DNA of 64,000 nucleotides from a virus (taxonomy: Duplodnaviria > Caudoviricetes). The position numbers and the translations under genes are program-made. Shown piece after piece: positions 8,790 to 17,533 of the stretch. Position 1 is the stretch's first letter; each line of letters starts with the position of its first letter. The stretch lies in IMG/VR virus record IMGVR_UViG_3300008110_007313, one strand, 5' to 3'. Under the pieces are notes generated by a model that was given only the letters and a program-made list of their open reading frames with translations, made no database searches and had not been told where the DNA came from.

Positions 8790-9397
8790 TTTTTGTCCCG
8801 TGGTTGAACAGCAGTGGGCATGTTCTTGTATCTACGTGTGTTGGGGTCGTATACTGTCTTCATGGGACCAGCACCAGCCAACTTCTTGAGTCGGTTGACC
8901 ATGTCATCAAAGTCTGCAGGGTCGTGACGTCCACCAATTTTTTCCTTGGCACCTTCCATGTTGGCAATAGGTGCCACAGGAGCATCGGCTACATCCTTTT
9001 CTAACTGGCTGATGTCGCCTTCGTCCATTTCGTCAGGTTGTGCGGTGCTGTGAATTCTCCCGGTACCAGCGGTTGGAACAGCACCACTGGTACGAGCAAA
9101 AGGATCTGCGGGCAAGCGTTTGCTTTGTCCTTTGAAAATATCATCTCGACGAGTTTTTGATCCGTCACCGCCATAACCTGTGGCAGTTAAGTCTCGGCCG
9201 TATTCGCTGCCGCGATGAGCATTGTAGTAATCATCTCTGTCATAGTTGCCTTCCGCCACACCTTGCTTCTTGAGAATATCCAGTGCGTGTTTTTCCATCT
9301 GTTTTTTGGTAATAGGTTTACCGGGTGCTTCCTTACCTTTGAAATAATCAGAACCTTTTTTCACGACCTGGTTGTGGTGCTGACTTATCCATTTCAT
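8786..9397 (-). CDS. Modular putative internal head protein, probable C-terminal part of a frameshifted gene
   Basis: GVAEG and RLKKLAG motifs; lies in +1 frame to 9348..9971 across an A6 run. Confidence 0.5.
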   Translation of the reverse strand: MKWISQHHNQVVKKGSDYFKGKEAPGKPITKKQMEKHALDILKKQGVAEGNYDRDDYYNAHRGSEYGRDLTATGYGGDGSKTRRDDIFKGQSKRLPADPFARTSGAVPTAGTGRIHSTAQPDEMDEGDISQLEKDVADAPVAPIANMEGAKEKIGGRHDPADFDDMVNRLKKLAGAGPMKTVYDPNTRRYKNMPTAVQPRDKK

Positions 9398-9971
9398 TCA
9401 AGCCTTCCGCCACACCTTTTTTCATTTTGTCTAACTGCGTTAGTCTTGCGAGCTCTTGATCAGTCAAGGGGTTGTCTAACTTGGGCACCTTGGGTTTGAC
9501 GTTGGTGGGGTAGTATGCTGTTTTTGCACGATTTTTTGTACCAGGAATTTGTTGGTTGGCCACACGCACGCCTTCATCAACATCATCTTTTGCCGTACCT
9601 TGAGACTTTTCAGCACGAGCAATTCTATTGCCTAGGCTGTTTAACTCATGTTCCATGGCGCGAGCTTGACGCTCGCGATCAGTCAAGTTCTGTTCACGAT
9701 CTGCATACTGCCAATTATTGCCGCCCAGTGAGTCATACTCATTTTTCATTTGTTCGTATTTGGCTTTTAGTTCTGGCAATTGAGCTAGATCTGCCTGGGC
9801 AGCATTAGAGTCTGCCTGTGTTCGTTCTGCATCGCGCTGTGCCATGCGTTGACGACTGCGCTCACGTTCTTGTTCTGGTGTTCCAGCAATGCGAACATTC
9901 ATACCCCGGGCGCGGGCCATTGCTGCAAATTGGTCAGCTAGATTTTCTGTTACAACTTGATTTATTTTCAT
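9348..9971 (-). CDS. Modular putative internal head protein, probable N-terminal part
   Basis: MKINQVVTEN; VDEG, GVAEG and LNEM sites. Confidence 0.55.
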   Translation of the reverse strand: MKINQVVTENLADQFAAMARARGMNVRIAGTPEQERERSRQRMAQRDAERTQADSNAAQADLAQLPELKAKYEQMKNEYDSLGGNNWQYADREQNLTDRERQARAMEHELNSLGNRIARAEKSQGTAKDDVDEGVRVANQQIPGTKNRAKTAYYPTNVKPKVPKLDNPLTDQELARLTQLDKMKKGVAEGLNEMDKSAPQPGREKRF

Positions 9972-10510
9972 TATCTAATTCCTGCTAGACTTTGTAGCGC
10001 ACGACTTTCATCTGTGGGTTCGTGTATCTTTTTAGGAGCAATACCAGCAGCTGATCTAACATCATTTAGATCTTCGTCGTGCACACGACGATATTCGTTG
10101 GGCGTGCATGGCACAATCTTGGCAAACGCATCTTCGTCCCAGTCATAGTTTTGGTCTTGATAGCGCCAACGCCAGTCGCTGGGTTCAAATTCTGTAAGGG
10201 TGCCAAGGTCACTCAGCAGGTCCTGGATTTGCCCGGCCACTGCTGATCTACGACGCAATTCAACATACACTAGATAACGACTGGGTTTGATTTCACCAGG
10301 ACTACGGTCTGCGTCCAGCACAAAGTCATAGCCCTTTTCAAACCAGCTTACTAGGTCCTTGGCAGCTTGCAAATCTCTTACAAAAAAGCTCACAACCACA
10401 ATGTCAGCATCATCACCCATTTTTGAAGTAAACTCATCAATGTGAATGGTAGGCTTCATCATGCCATCTAGGTCTTTGTACTGTAGGCCTTCTAACAAGT
10501 GTTTGAACAT
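9971..10510 (-). CDS. Hypothetical protein, possibly head assembly
   Basis: MFKHLLEG; ends LQSLAGIR; coupled to both neighbours. Confidence 0.6.
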   Translation of the reverse strand: MFKHLLEGLQYKDLDGMMKPTIHIDEFTSKMGDDADIVVVSFFVRDLQAAKDLVSWFEKGYDFVLDADRSPGEIKPSRYLVYVELRRRSAVAGQIQDLLSDLGTLTEFEPSDWRWRYQDQNYDWDEDAFAKIVPCTPNEYRRVHDEDLNDVRSAAGIAPKKIHEPTDESRALQSLAGIR

Positions 10511-11103
10511 TATATGGCTCCTGGTGCTGCGGGCTGTTGCGGTGTGGCTGCTAGGTTCTGTTGAGCAGTATCTGCTGCTGTATCGCTTTGATTTTCCTGT
10601 TTGTCTAGATCCTGCTCATAGGCTTGATCTAGTTCGTCAAGATCAATTTCTTGGTCTTCCATCTCAATTGATCCAGTCTTGATGTCATTCATCAGACTCT
10701 TGGGCATGATAATTTCTACCAACCATACAGGTTTTTCAACGATCTTGGCTTTTTTAGTGCCAGGTATGTAGTCTGAAGGATCTGTGATGCGAATAGGAAT
10801 TTTAATCATTTTCTTTTGATAGTTGACGTCACAGTCAAAAGGCAACAATCTACGGGCACCACGTGGATCAGGCATGAGTTTTTCGGGCCACATAAATGTA
10901 CAGGCCACACGATATTTTGTGATTTCGGGACCGGCCACAAGCTCGCCAATCTCCCAGTTTTTAAAGGCATACATATCTACTTCGTCCAACACACGCTCAA
11001 AATCTAGTAGCGTGGTAATTGTGCCCTCGCTCATGTAGATATCGCGGATATTGTCGGCGACTTGCCAGTAGTCTTCGTGGTTTTTAAATAGGTCTCGATC
11101 CAT
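10510..11103 (-). CDS. Hypothetical late protein
   Basis: 197 aa globular-looking ORF; TAAATA at 11111-11116. Confidence 0.65.
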   Translation of the reverse strand: MDRDLFKNHEDYWQVADNIRDIYMSEGTITTLLDFERVLDEVDMYAFKNWEIGELVAGPEITKYRVACTFMWPEKLMPDPRGARRLLPFDCDVNYQKKMIKIPIRITDPSDYIPGTKKAKIVEKPVWLVEIIMPKSLMNDIKTGSIEMEDQEIDLDELDQAYEQDLDKQENQSDTAADTAQQNLAATPQQPAAPGAI

Positions 11104-11266
11104 GGTTGTATATTTACCACAACAGGACTCAAGCTGGATTTTGACATCACAGGGTCAACAGCCTAATACTTATGCTGAAAAACCAAAGAAATCTGTCCAC
11201 ATAATTCTCTGATTCACTGTACCGTAAATATCCTTGTCCAACTAACGGACACAAGGAGAAAACACT

Positions 11267-12004
11267 TTGAGTAGAAACCGCGCTGCGAAAGCACAAAACA
11301 AACGTATGGTACAGACACAAGAGAACACTATCAGCTTTAACCAAGCACCTAAAGCGGCACAGCGCCGCATAGACCTGATCCCTCGAACACGAAATCAGGA
11401 ACGCTTGGTGCTGGCTCTTTTGGACGCTGACCAACACATAGTTGTTACCACTGGTCCTGCTGGCACTGGCAAAACGTATCTAGCCATGCAAGCAGCAGTA
11501 AAAGCATTAAGAGAAGGAGATTGCGATCGCATAGTATTAACACGCCCAGCGGTTGGCGTAGAGGGAGAACAACATGGTTTCCTCCCGGGCAATTTAGTTG
11601 CTAAAATGGAACCTTGGACTCGTCCTTTGCTAGACGTCATGCGGGAATACTACCGCCCTCAGGACATTGTAGCCATGATAGAAGATCAGGTTGTGGAAAT
11701 TGCGCCTCTGGCATTCATGCGCGGCCGCACCTTTAAAAACTCGTGGATTATTGCCGACGAAATGCAAAATGCAACTCCGGCACAGGCCAAGATGTTAATG
11801 ACTCGCATTGGAACGAACTCTAAGATTGTGATCACAGGTGATGTTGAGCAAGCTGATCGTAACGCAGACGACAACGGCTTGATGGACCTGGTAACAAGAT
11901 TGCAATCTTTCCCAGTGAACGGTATCACGGTTTGCCCCATGGAAAACCGTGATGTTCAGCGACACAAGATCATAGGAGAAGTGTTACGACTCTATAGTAA
12001 ATAA
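11267..12004 (+). CDS. phoH: PhoH family protein
   Basis: GPAGTGKT, LTRP, GFLPG, PLAFMRGRTF, DEMQN, GDVEQAD; TTG start with SD AAGGAG. Confidence 0.95.
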   Translation: MSRNRAAKAQNKRMVQTQENTISFNQAPKAAQRRIDLIPRTRNQERLVLALLDADQHIVVTTGPAGTGKTYLAMQAAVKALREGDCDRIVLTRPAVGVEGEQHGFLPGNLVAKMEPWTRPLLDVMREYYRPQDIVAMIEDQVVEIAPLAFMRGRTFKNSWIIADEMQNATPAQAKMLMTRIGTNSKIVITGDVEQADRNADDNGLMDLVTRLQSFPVNGITVCPMENRDVQRHKIIGEVLRLYSK

Positions 12005-12009
12005 GGGCC

Positions 12010-12672
12010 ATGCTGGCCCAACTTGCCCACCCTAATTTAATCGTAGTTCACTACAGACCATATCAGGGTGGCAAGTTTTTCATCAACTGCCTTGCTCATC
12101 ACTACAAAGTAATGCCTCAGCTGGATACCAGCTGTTACCTGTCTGGTCAAGATTTCAAAATACAACAAATTCACAACAGTTTGCCCCCGCCTGAACACCT
12201 ACGCAAGTGGGAAAAATTCGAGTTGGGTTGCAGATCTTTTTGGGGCGGTAAGTTGACTGAATTGTTGCAACGTACACAACAACCTAACTCAGTGTCAACT
12301 GAATTGTTGAGTCAATACCGTTGTTTCATAGTCAATCACATGACCAATCCAGAACGCCTTGATCTAATTGATCTGAATCTGCCAATGGCCAGACACATTG
12401 TACTCACCAACGCTGATGAGTTTTGCAAGACGTCAATTGAGAAAAAAGCACCTCTGGACTATGATCCCAAGTTGTCAACAGGATCATTTGAAAGACACAT
12501 GTTTACAAACCGCAATGCATTTTTTCTAGATGTAGATTCTGCATATTCTAACTCAACACAATTGATTACGCAACTGCATCGGTGTTTGATCTGGCTGGGC
12601 GTGGATACTGAACTAGATCCAACAGTATCTCAGTTTATTGATCAATATCGTTGGCTTCATGGCCTACAATAG
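12010..12672 (+). CDS. Sulfotransferase-like/P-loop-like protein
   Basis: VVHYRPYQGGKFFINCL motif resembles 2217..2795; TAAATA 6 nt upstream. Confidence 0.45.
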   Translation: MLAQLAHPNLIVVHYRPYQGGKFFINCLAHHYKVMPQLDTSCYLSGQDFKIQQIHNSLPPPEHLRKWEKFELGCRSFWGGKLTELLQRTQQPNSVSTELLSQYRCFIVNHMTNPERLDLIDLNLPMARHIVLTNADEFCKTSIEKKAPLDYDPKLSTGSFERHMFTNRNAFFLDVDSAYSNSTQLITQLHRCLIWLGVDTELDPTVSQFIDQYRWLHGLQ

Positions 12673-13270
12673 TTTGATATGCTTCGCGCCAGTTTTTGAC
12701 CACTGGATAGTTGCAGCAATGGTGCATGTTGTGTCCGTGTTCCATGAGCATGCTGTTTAGACCCATGCTATAGCCCACGTCAGCGTTTTCAGGCTTGTCT
12801 TCAATCCACCAGCAACCTGAACCTGCGTATGGCTCCAGTGCTTCGTTTTTATCAGCACCTGTATCCAAGCACACAATTGATTCAAACACTGTTTCACCAA
12901 ACATCTTGCGCAGATTCATTTCTCGCAGTCGTTGTGCATTGATATCCCGGCTTAGACTTGTGATACAGTGAAACACGTAGCCATGCTCTTCGTGCAGACG
13001 CTTGACATAGTACATGGCATCACGCAAGGGTGGCAAAAACCCAATGGCCGCCGATTCATTGAACATTCTAATCAGCTTTTTGCCCTGCTCTCGAGTAATG
13101 CCATAGCGTTCACCGATGTCATAGACAAATGCAGACCCGGGCTGTTGTTCATGCCCGTGTTCTTCCATCCAGATTGCAAAGGCATACTCCCAGTTCAACA
13201 GCACGCCGTCGGCGTCAACTAGGATTGTTTGCGTTGGGTTGTACTTCAGATTCTGATTTGGTTTCTTCAT
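12635..13270 (-). CDS. HAD-superfamily 5'(3')-deoxyribonucleotidase-like phosphatase
   Basis: ILVDADGVLL (motif I), CITS (II), K (III), WIEDKPEN (IV). Confidence 0.85.
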   Translation of the reverse strand: MKKPNQNLKYNPTQTILVDADGVLLNWEYAFAIWMEEHGHEQQPGSAFVYDIGERYGITREQGKKLIRMFNESAAIGFLPPLRDAMYYVKRLHEEHGYVFHCITSLSRDINAQRLREMNLRKMFGETVFESIVCLDTGADKNEALEPYAGSGCWWIEDKPENADVGYSMGLNSMLMEHGHNMHHCCNYPVVKNWREAYQTIVGHEANDIDQ

Positions 13271-13532
13271 TTTTTACTATCTCATAACCGTTTTCGTCAA
13301 ACAGTCGCTTGATGATACTTTCGTAGTGTTGCATGTAGTATTCTACAATGCGGTGGAAATTTTTGGGTACTTGAACACCGCCCATGTGACATTTTTCTAC
13401 CTGGAGTGTTTTAAAGTCCAAGATCACATTGGCAGTTTGCAGGTCTCTTGTTTTTAGCCGTTTGGACACTTGCATGGCTTCGTCTAGTCGGCCATCCGCT
13501 TTGCGGTAATAGGTTAGAATAAAATATCTCAT
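13215..13532 (-). CDS. Hypothetical protein
   Basis: ORF 7 nt downstream of a consensus sigma70 -10 box. Confidence 0.65.
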   Translation of the reverse strand: MRYFILTYYRKADGRLDEAMQVSKRLKTRDLQTANVILDFKTLQVEKCHMGGVQVPKNFHRIVEYYMQHYESIIKRLFDENGYEIVKNEETKSESEVQPNANNPS

Positions 13533-13604
13533 AACGTTATTGTAACAATTTTCTAATAAAATGTCAATGCTTCTACTAAATTTAGAGCATTATAAATCAA
13601 CAGT

Positions 13605-14225
13605 TTAACACACTAGTTTTTTGAGAACACTGTTTTTTTCAGTCCAGGTTGTAAACGTTTGATCAAACTTATCAAAATCTCTAATAGGTGTTTGTGTTAA
13701 TTGCTGTACTACATTGATCAAGTTCTGCCTGTTAAAAAAATCAGCCAATGCAATGGCTTGCATGTTGGGCACGGTTTTCCAGATATGAACCTGCTTTAAC
13801 CACAGTGTAGAAAAAAATTGTCGAGCATTGTGCTCAGTTACTCGTTGTTGAGCCCAAACGGGCAAAGTTTGTTTGTGAACCTCAACAAAATGCATTAGGC
13901 TGTTTTGATGCCGTTTGGCAATAAACACATCGATGATACCAACTGCGGCCGACTCAGGAAAGTCTATGTAATAAAATTTCTCAGCCAGTTCTACAAACCA
14001 ATCAAAATAATAGTGCGAATTCTCAACAGGATCAACTTGAGACCAATCTAAGATGCTAGGAACTACATTTTTGTAATCTACACAGATATCTCTAAAATAA
14101 CGTCGGTTGTGTAACACCAACCCAGTGTCTGTAATATTACATTCTACAGAAGTATTCAAATCGAGTTGTTGGAGGCACAGTGTTTTTAAAAAATCACCCC
14201 CAGTTCCTCCCACATAACAAATCAT
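13605..14225 (-). CDS. Sulfotransferase-like/P-loop-like protein
   Basis: Start moved to ATG 14225 (ATGA overlap); MICYVGGTGGDFL. Confidence 0.45.
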   Translation of the reverse strand: MICYVGGTGGDFLKTLCLQQLDLNTSVECNITDTGLVLHNRRYFRDICVDYKNVVPSILDWSQVDPVENSHYYFDWFVELAEKFYYIDFPESAAVGIIDVFIAKRHQNSLMHFVEVHKQTLPVWAQQRVTEHNARQFFSTLWLKQVHIWKTVPNMQAIALADFFNRQNLINVVQQLTQTPIRDFDKFDQTFTTWTEKNSVLKKLVC

Positions 14226-14776
14226 TGATTGAACACGGTGCATAAAAATTTGTATAAAAATTGATGTGTTTTTTCGCCAATGTGCGTTCGCGAAACATCC
14301 CAATCTAAATTTTTAATCATTGGGTAGCACTTTGGATAAGGCAACGGTTTTCCACAAAATACATGCACAAAACTATAAGGGACCAACTGCTGATAGTAAT
14401 CGTTCAAACGTTCAGGATTTCGGTCCGACCAAACCACAGCCATTTTAACATGTGGAGCATAGAGATCAGAATTTAAAAAATTCTCAATGATTTGAAAAAT
14501 ATGTGCATTATCGTACAATCCGGATATACCATAGTTTTGAGAATTTTTAAACTTGCTAGCAAAGATTTTATCTTCGTCTATTCCAATGCCTAACACAAGG
14601 CTACACCCAAAAAAGGCATAGTCTGGCACACATTCAAAATTGTTAGAACTTCGGAATCCTAGATTGTTAAAACGATAAGTGACTGTTTGTGTACTGTCTT
14701 TTCCAAATGTGTTTACAGTTTTCCCATGTTGATTCCACATAGGAATCACTGGATTCTTTAGATTGTTATCTGACAT
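14222..14776 (-). CDS. SGNH-hydrolase-like protein
   Basis: YRFNNLGFRS..AFFGCSLVLGIG..NYGISG; start may be 14740. Confidence 0.5.
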   Translation of the reverse strand: MSDNNLKNPVIPMWNQHGKTVNTFGKDSTQTVTYRFNNLGFRSSNNFECVPDYAFFGCSLVLGIGIDEDKIFASKFKNSQNYGISGLYDNAHIFQIIENFLNSDLYAPHVKMAVVWSDRNPERLNDYYQQLVPYSFVHVFCGKPLPYPKCYPMIKNLDWDVSRTHIGEKTHQFLYKFLCTVFNQ

Positions 14777-15684
14777 AGCTCAATAAGTGTAGCACTCAAA
14801 TTGATTTCTGTGTCAGCCACTGAATTGTTGTTTACCAGCCCGTTGCGAATGATCACAATAGCTTGGTCTTGGCGCTCGGGAGTATCGCCCCATAGTTCTA
14901 AGTTATCGTACATCCAGCGAAAGATATCTTCAGCTTCTTCAGGATTGGCGTTTTGACACAGCAGTGTACGTGCCTGACGAATTTGTCCACGCTTGAACAA
15001 GTCCACAGCATCCAGCTTCCAGTCACGTGCTGAACGATCAGCTTCACCTGGCGGCACAAGTCGGCCTGTTTGGCTATTGAGTTGAACCAAGTTCAGACAT
15101 TTGCGCAGGTCTGGATAAGTGGCTTTGACATAACTGTCCAAGGTATCTAGTTCAAACTCTACACCTTCTGTGACTAACACAGTAGCAACTCTAGCAGTAA
15201 ACTCTGTGTGATCAGTTTTGGTAATGTGGAAGCCTTGACAGCGACTGTGAATAGGACTGATGATCTTGTGCGGATAGTTACATGTAAGAATGAATCGTAC
15301 AGTCTGCGAGTAATCTTCCATCAAATTACGCAGTGCAGGTTGCACTGAATCCTTGTTCATGTAGTCTGCTTCGTCAATCAGCACAACCTTGAACTTGCCA
15401 AATGGCATGGTTTGACAAAAGTTGATTAGCTTGTCCACCCATTCGATCTTACGTGCTTCTTTTGAACCGTTTGCATACATCACATCGTATTCGTCCACAC
15501 CCAGTTCATTGATCAGCATTTTGGCCAAGGTGGTTTTGCCTGTACCTGCTGAACCTGATAGCATCAAGTGTGGAACTGATCCGTCTTGTATCCATTGTTG
15601 TACTTGATCTCGTTGTGCCTGATCTACAAATACATAACCGTCTACTGTGTTGGGACGGTACTTCTCTACCCATAACTCTTTCAT
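14758..15684 (-). CDS. Sliding-clamp loader AAA+ subunit (T4 gp44/RFC-like)
   Basis: LWVEKYRP, GSAGTGKTT, IDEADY, FILTCNY, SRC motif. Confidence 0.95.
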   Translation of the reverse strand: MKELWVEKYRPNTVDGYVFVDQAQRDQVQQWIQDGSVPHLMLSGSAGTGKTTLAKMLINELGVDEYDVMYANGSKEARKIEWVDKLINFCQTMPFGKFKVVLIDEADYMNKDSVQPALRNLMEDYSQTVRFILTCNYPHKIISPIHSRCQGFHITKTDHTEFTARVATVLVTEGVEFELDTLDSYVKATYPDLRKCLNLVQLNSQTGRLVPPGEADRSARDWKLDAVDLFKRGQIRQARTLLCQNANPEEAEDIFRWMYDNLELWGDTPERQDQAIVIIRNGLVNNNSVADTEINLSATLIELCQITI

Positions 15685-15872
15685 GTTCTTCCTTGTGGAA
15701 TGTTTTGGCCCAATTGCCGTTCAAACGATGACTCTATGTTTTGCATGTCCTCAGGCAGTGGTGGCGGAACATAACGAGGCTTGGGCTCTTTCTTGCCAAA
15801 GATCTCAGTATGTCTAGCTGCCAGTTCTTCCTGACTAACACTTGATGGACGTGGTCTTGACCCTTTACTCAT
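15681..15872 (-). CDS. Hypothetical protein
   Basis: Small ORF coupled to clamp loader gene. Confidence 0.55.
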   Translation of the reverse strand: MSKGSRPRPSSVSQEELAARHTEIFGKKEPKPRYVPPPLPEDMQNIESSFERQLGQNIPQGRT

Positions 15873-15873
15873 T

Positions 15874-16161
15874 TTACACTAACTCCTCAACAATGCCAAG
15901 TATTTCGGCAATAATCAATAGTAAACCGCCTGTTGCAATAAATTGCAAAGACAATTCAGGATTAAAAGCTGCCAAGATAAATGCTGTACCAGCAGCTACC
16001 CTTACAAAACTCTTGACAAGGCTCACATAAAAGTGGCCTCGACTGGTGTCTTTTGGTTGTATTTCTATCATAGGTGGGTGGTGCGGGCAACGGCCCTGTT
16101 TATAGTCACAGTCAGGAGTGTATTCCTTCCTGCAGATTTTACATTTTGTCATTGAGTACAT
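15874..16161 (-). CDS. Hypothetical membrane protein with Cys-rich N-terminus
   Basis: CKIC..C..GRC followed by two hydrophobic helices. Confidence 0.55.
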   Translation of the reverse strand: MYSMTKCKICRKEYTPDCDYKQGRCPHHPPMIEIQPKDTSRGHFYVSLVKSFVRVAAGTAFILAAFNPELSLQFIATGGLLLIIAEILGIVEELV

Positions 16162-16384
16162 TCCATACTTGGCGTTTGGATTGTTGATCTAACCAGTCTT
16201 TTTCTGTGTCTCCAAAGCTGGGAGAAGTTCTAATAATTTCGTCTAGTATGTGTTTGATTTGATAAAGGTCTTGCTTGCATCCCCACTGAATATAACCATC
16301 GTTGTAGGGGCTGTTCATTTCAAGTTCGGCTCGATGCAGTTGATTGACCACGTCAACTACATCCCAGCGTTTGGCAAAACCCAT
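16139..16384 (-). CDS. Hypothetical protein
   Basis: Start moved to MGFAKR, 2 nt after the GroES stop. Confidence 0.6.
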   Translation of the reverse strand: MGFAKRWDVVDVVNQLHRAELEMNSPYNDGYIQWGCKQDLYQIKHILDEIIRTSPSFGDTEKDWLDQQSKRQVWNVLNDKM

Positions 16385-16385
16385 G

Positions 16386-16790
16386 TCAGTTGTGCTGCAT
16401 CCAGCTGGGTTTGGCTTCAATGTTGATAGCGTCCGAGAATGTGGTATCCTGTGGTTCTTCATCTGATTCCATCATGATGTCCTTGGGATCAACTCTGCGT
16501 AGAGTTTGCTTGCCGTTCTCATCCTCAATGTCAATACCTCGAGTCCAGCGTCCGTGTTCCACACAGATCCATGTGCCTACCCGGATATCTTTTTGATCAG
16601 GACCCACTGCATAGACCTTGCCCCAGCGTGGACGAATGCCTGAGCTCTTGCCGTTGTCTGTGGGCAGTATAAGACCTCCACGGCTGATACGTTCTTTAAA
16701 ATTCATATCGCTTACAATCACAGCGTCTCTCAAAGGTTTGAGTTGTGCGCGATCAATGCGATGTGGTTCAAAAGCTAGTTTTGTCATCAA
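16386..16790 (-). CDS. groES: Co-chaperonin GroES (Cpn10)
   Basis: LKPLRDAVIV..GGLILP..GKVYAVGP. Confidence 0.85.
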   Translation of the reverse strand: MMTKLAFEPHRIDRAQLKPLRDAVIVSDMNFKERISRGGLILPTDNGKSSGIRPRWGKVYAVGPDQKDIRVGTWICVEHGRWTRGIDIEDENGKQTLRRVDPKDIMMESDEEPQDTTFSDAINIEAKPSWMQHN

Positions 16791-16993
16791 CTTCCTTTTT
16801 TGGGATTGCTAACTTGTTTTTGGTACTGCTGATTGACTTGATCGGTTTTCTTACTGATCACACGATTCATGTCATCGACTAGGTCTCCACGTGCATTGAC
16901 TTTCATGTTGCCTACGGCACGTACATTTTCATTTTTTAGGCGTAGACTGGCCATGTCTACTGTTTTACCCATTGCTGTTTTGTGAGTTTTCAT
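16787..16993 (-). CDS. Hypothetical late protein
   Basis: SD AAGGA; TAAATA at 17012-17017. Confidence 0.65.
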   Translation of the reverse strand: MKTHKTAMGKTVDMASLRLKNENVRAVGNMKVNARGDLVDDMNRVISKKTDQVNQQYQKQVSNPKKGS

Positions 16994-17014
16994 AGTAATC
17001 TCCTTGGTAATTAT

Positions 17015-17533
17015 TTAACGCAGAAATTCGTTGGGGTTTAAATCATAGTGTAAACTGTCAATTCTGTGTACTCGTAGTTTATACAACACATAACTGGCCA
17101 CACTAGAACCACGTCCTACACCCCAGATCAATTCATGTTCAGTCATAACATCTACCAAATATTTGAGATAGCGTAGTAGATTAAACAAGTTACGTTCTTG
17201 AAATAGCATGAGTTCTTGTCCACAGCGTTGCAGTTCAGCATCAGTTTGGCATAAACTCAGCACATGTTCGGCAATGTCAAGATCTTTATAGGACTGAGGC
17301 ATGTACCAATTGGCCTGGCAACGATGATCCCACTCTTGCTGGCTCTGTTGCTGACACATTTCATCGTAGCGTATAAAAGTTGGCACATTATCTAGAATCA
17401 ACGCGGCTGTTTCTAGATCAATGCTGTTGTCTACCAGCAAGTGATCCAAGGTGGCAAAGTCATGTCCTTGCATGTACAAGTGCACAACATCGTTCTCACC
17501 AAAGATCATTTGTCCAAATTTGTCAGTTTTCAT
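17015..17533 (-). CDS. dnaE: DNA polymerase III alpha-like fragment (split DnaE)
   Basis: R..QEL..F..YL..LVD..WGVGRGSSVASYVLYKL.VHRIDSLHYDL..NEFL; stops before the PDxD catalytic motif. Confidence 0.8.
   Translation of the reverse strand: MKTDKFGQMIFGENDVVHLYMQGHDFATLDHLLVDNSIDLETAALILDNVPTFIRYDEMCQQQSQQEWDHRCQANWYMPQSYKDLDIAEHVLSLCQTDAELQRCGQELMLFQERNLFNLLRYLKYLVDVMTEHELIWGVGRGSSVASYVLYKLRVHRIDSLHYDLNPNEFLR

Noticed and set aside
17015-17533. Split intein in DnaE
   Set aside because: No Cys/Ser-initiated intein block follows the extein
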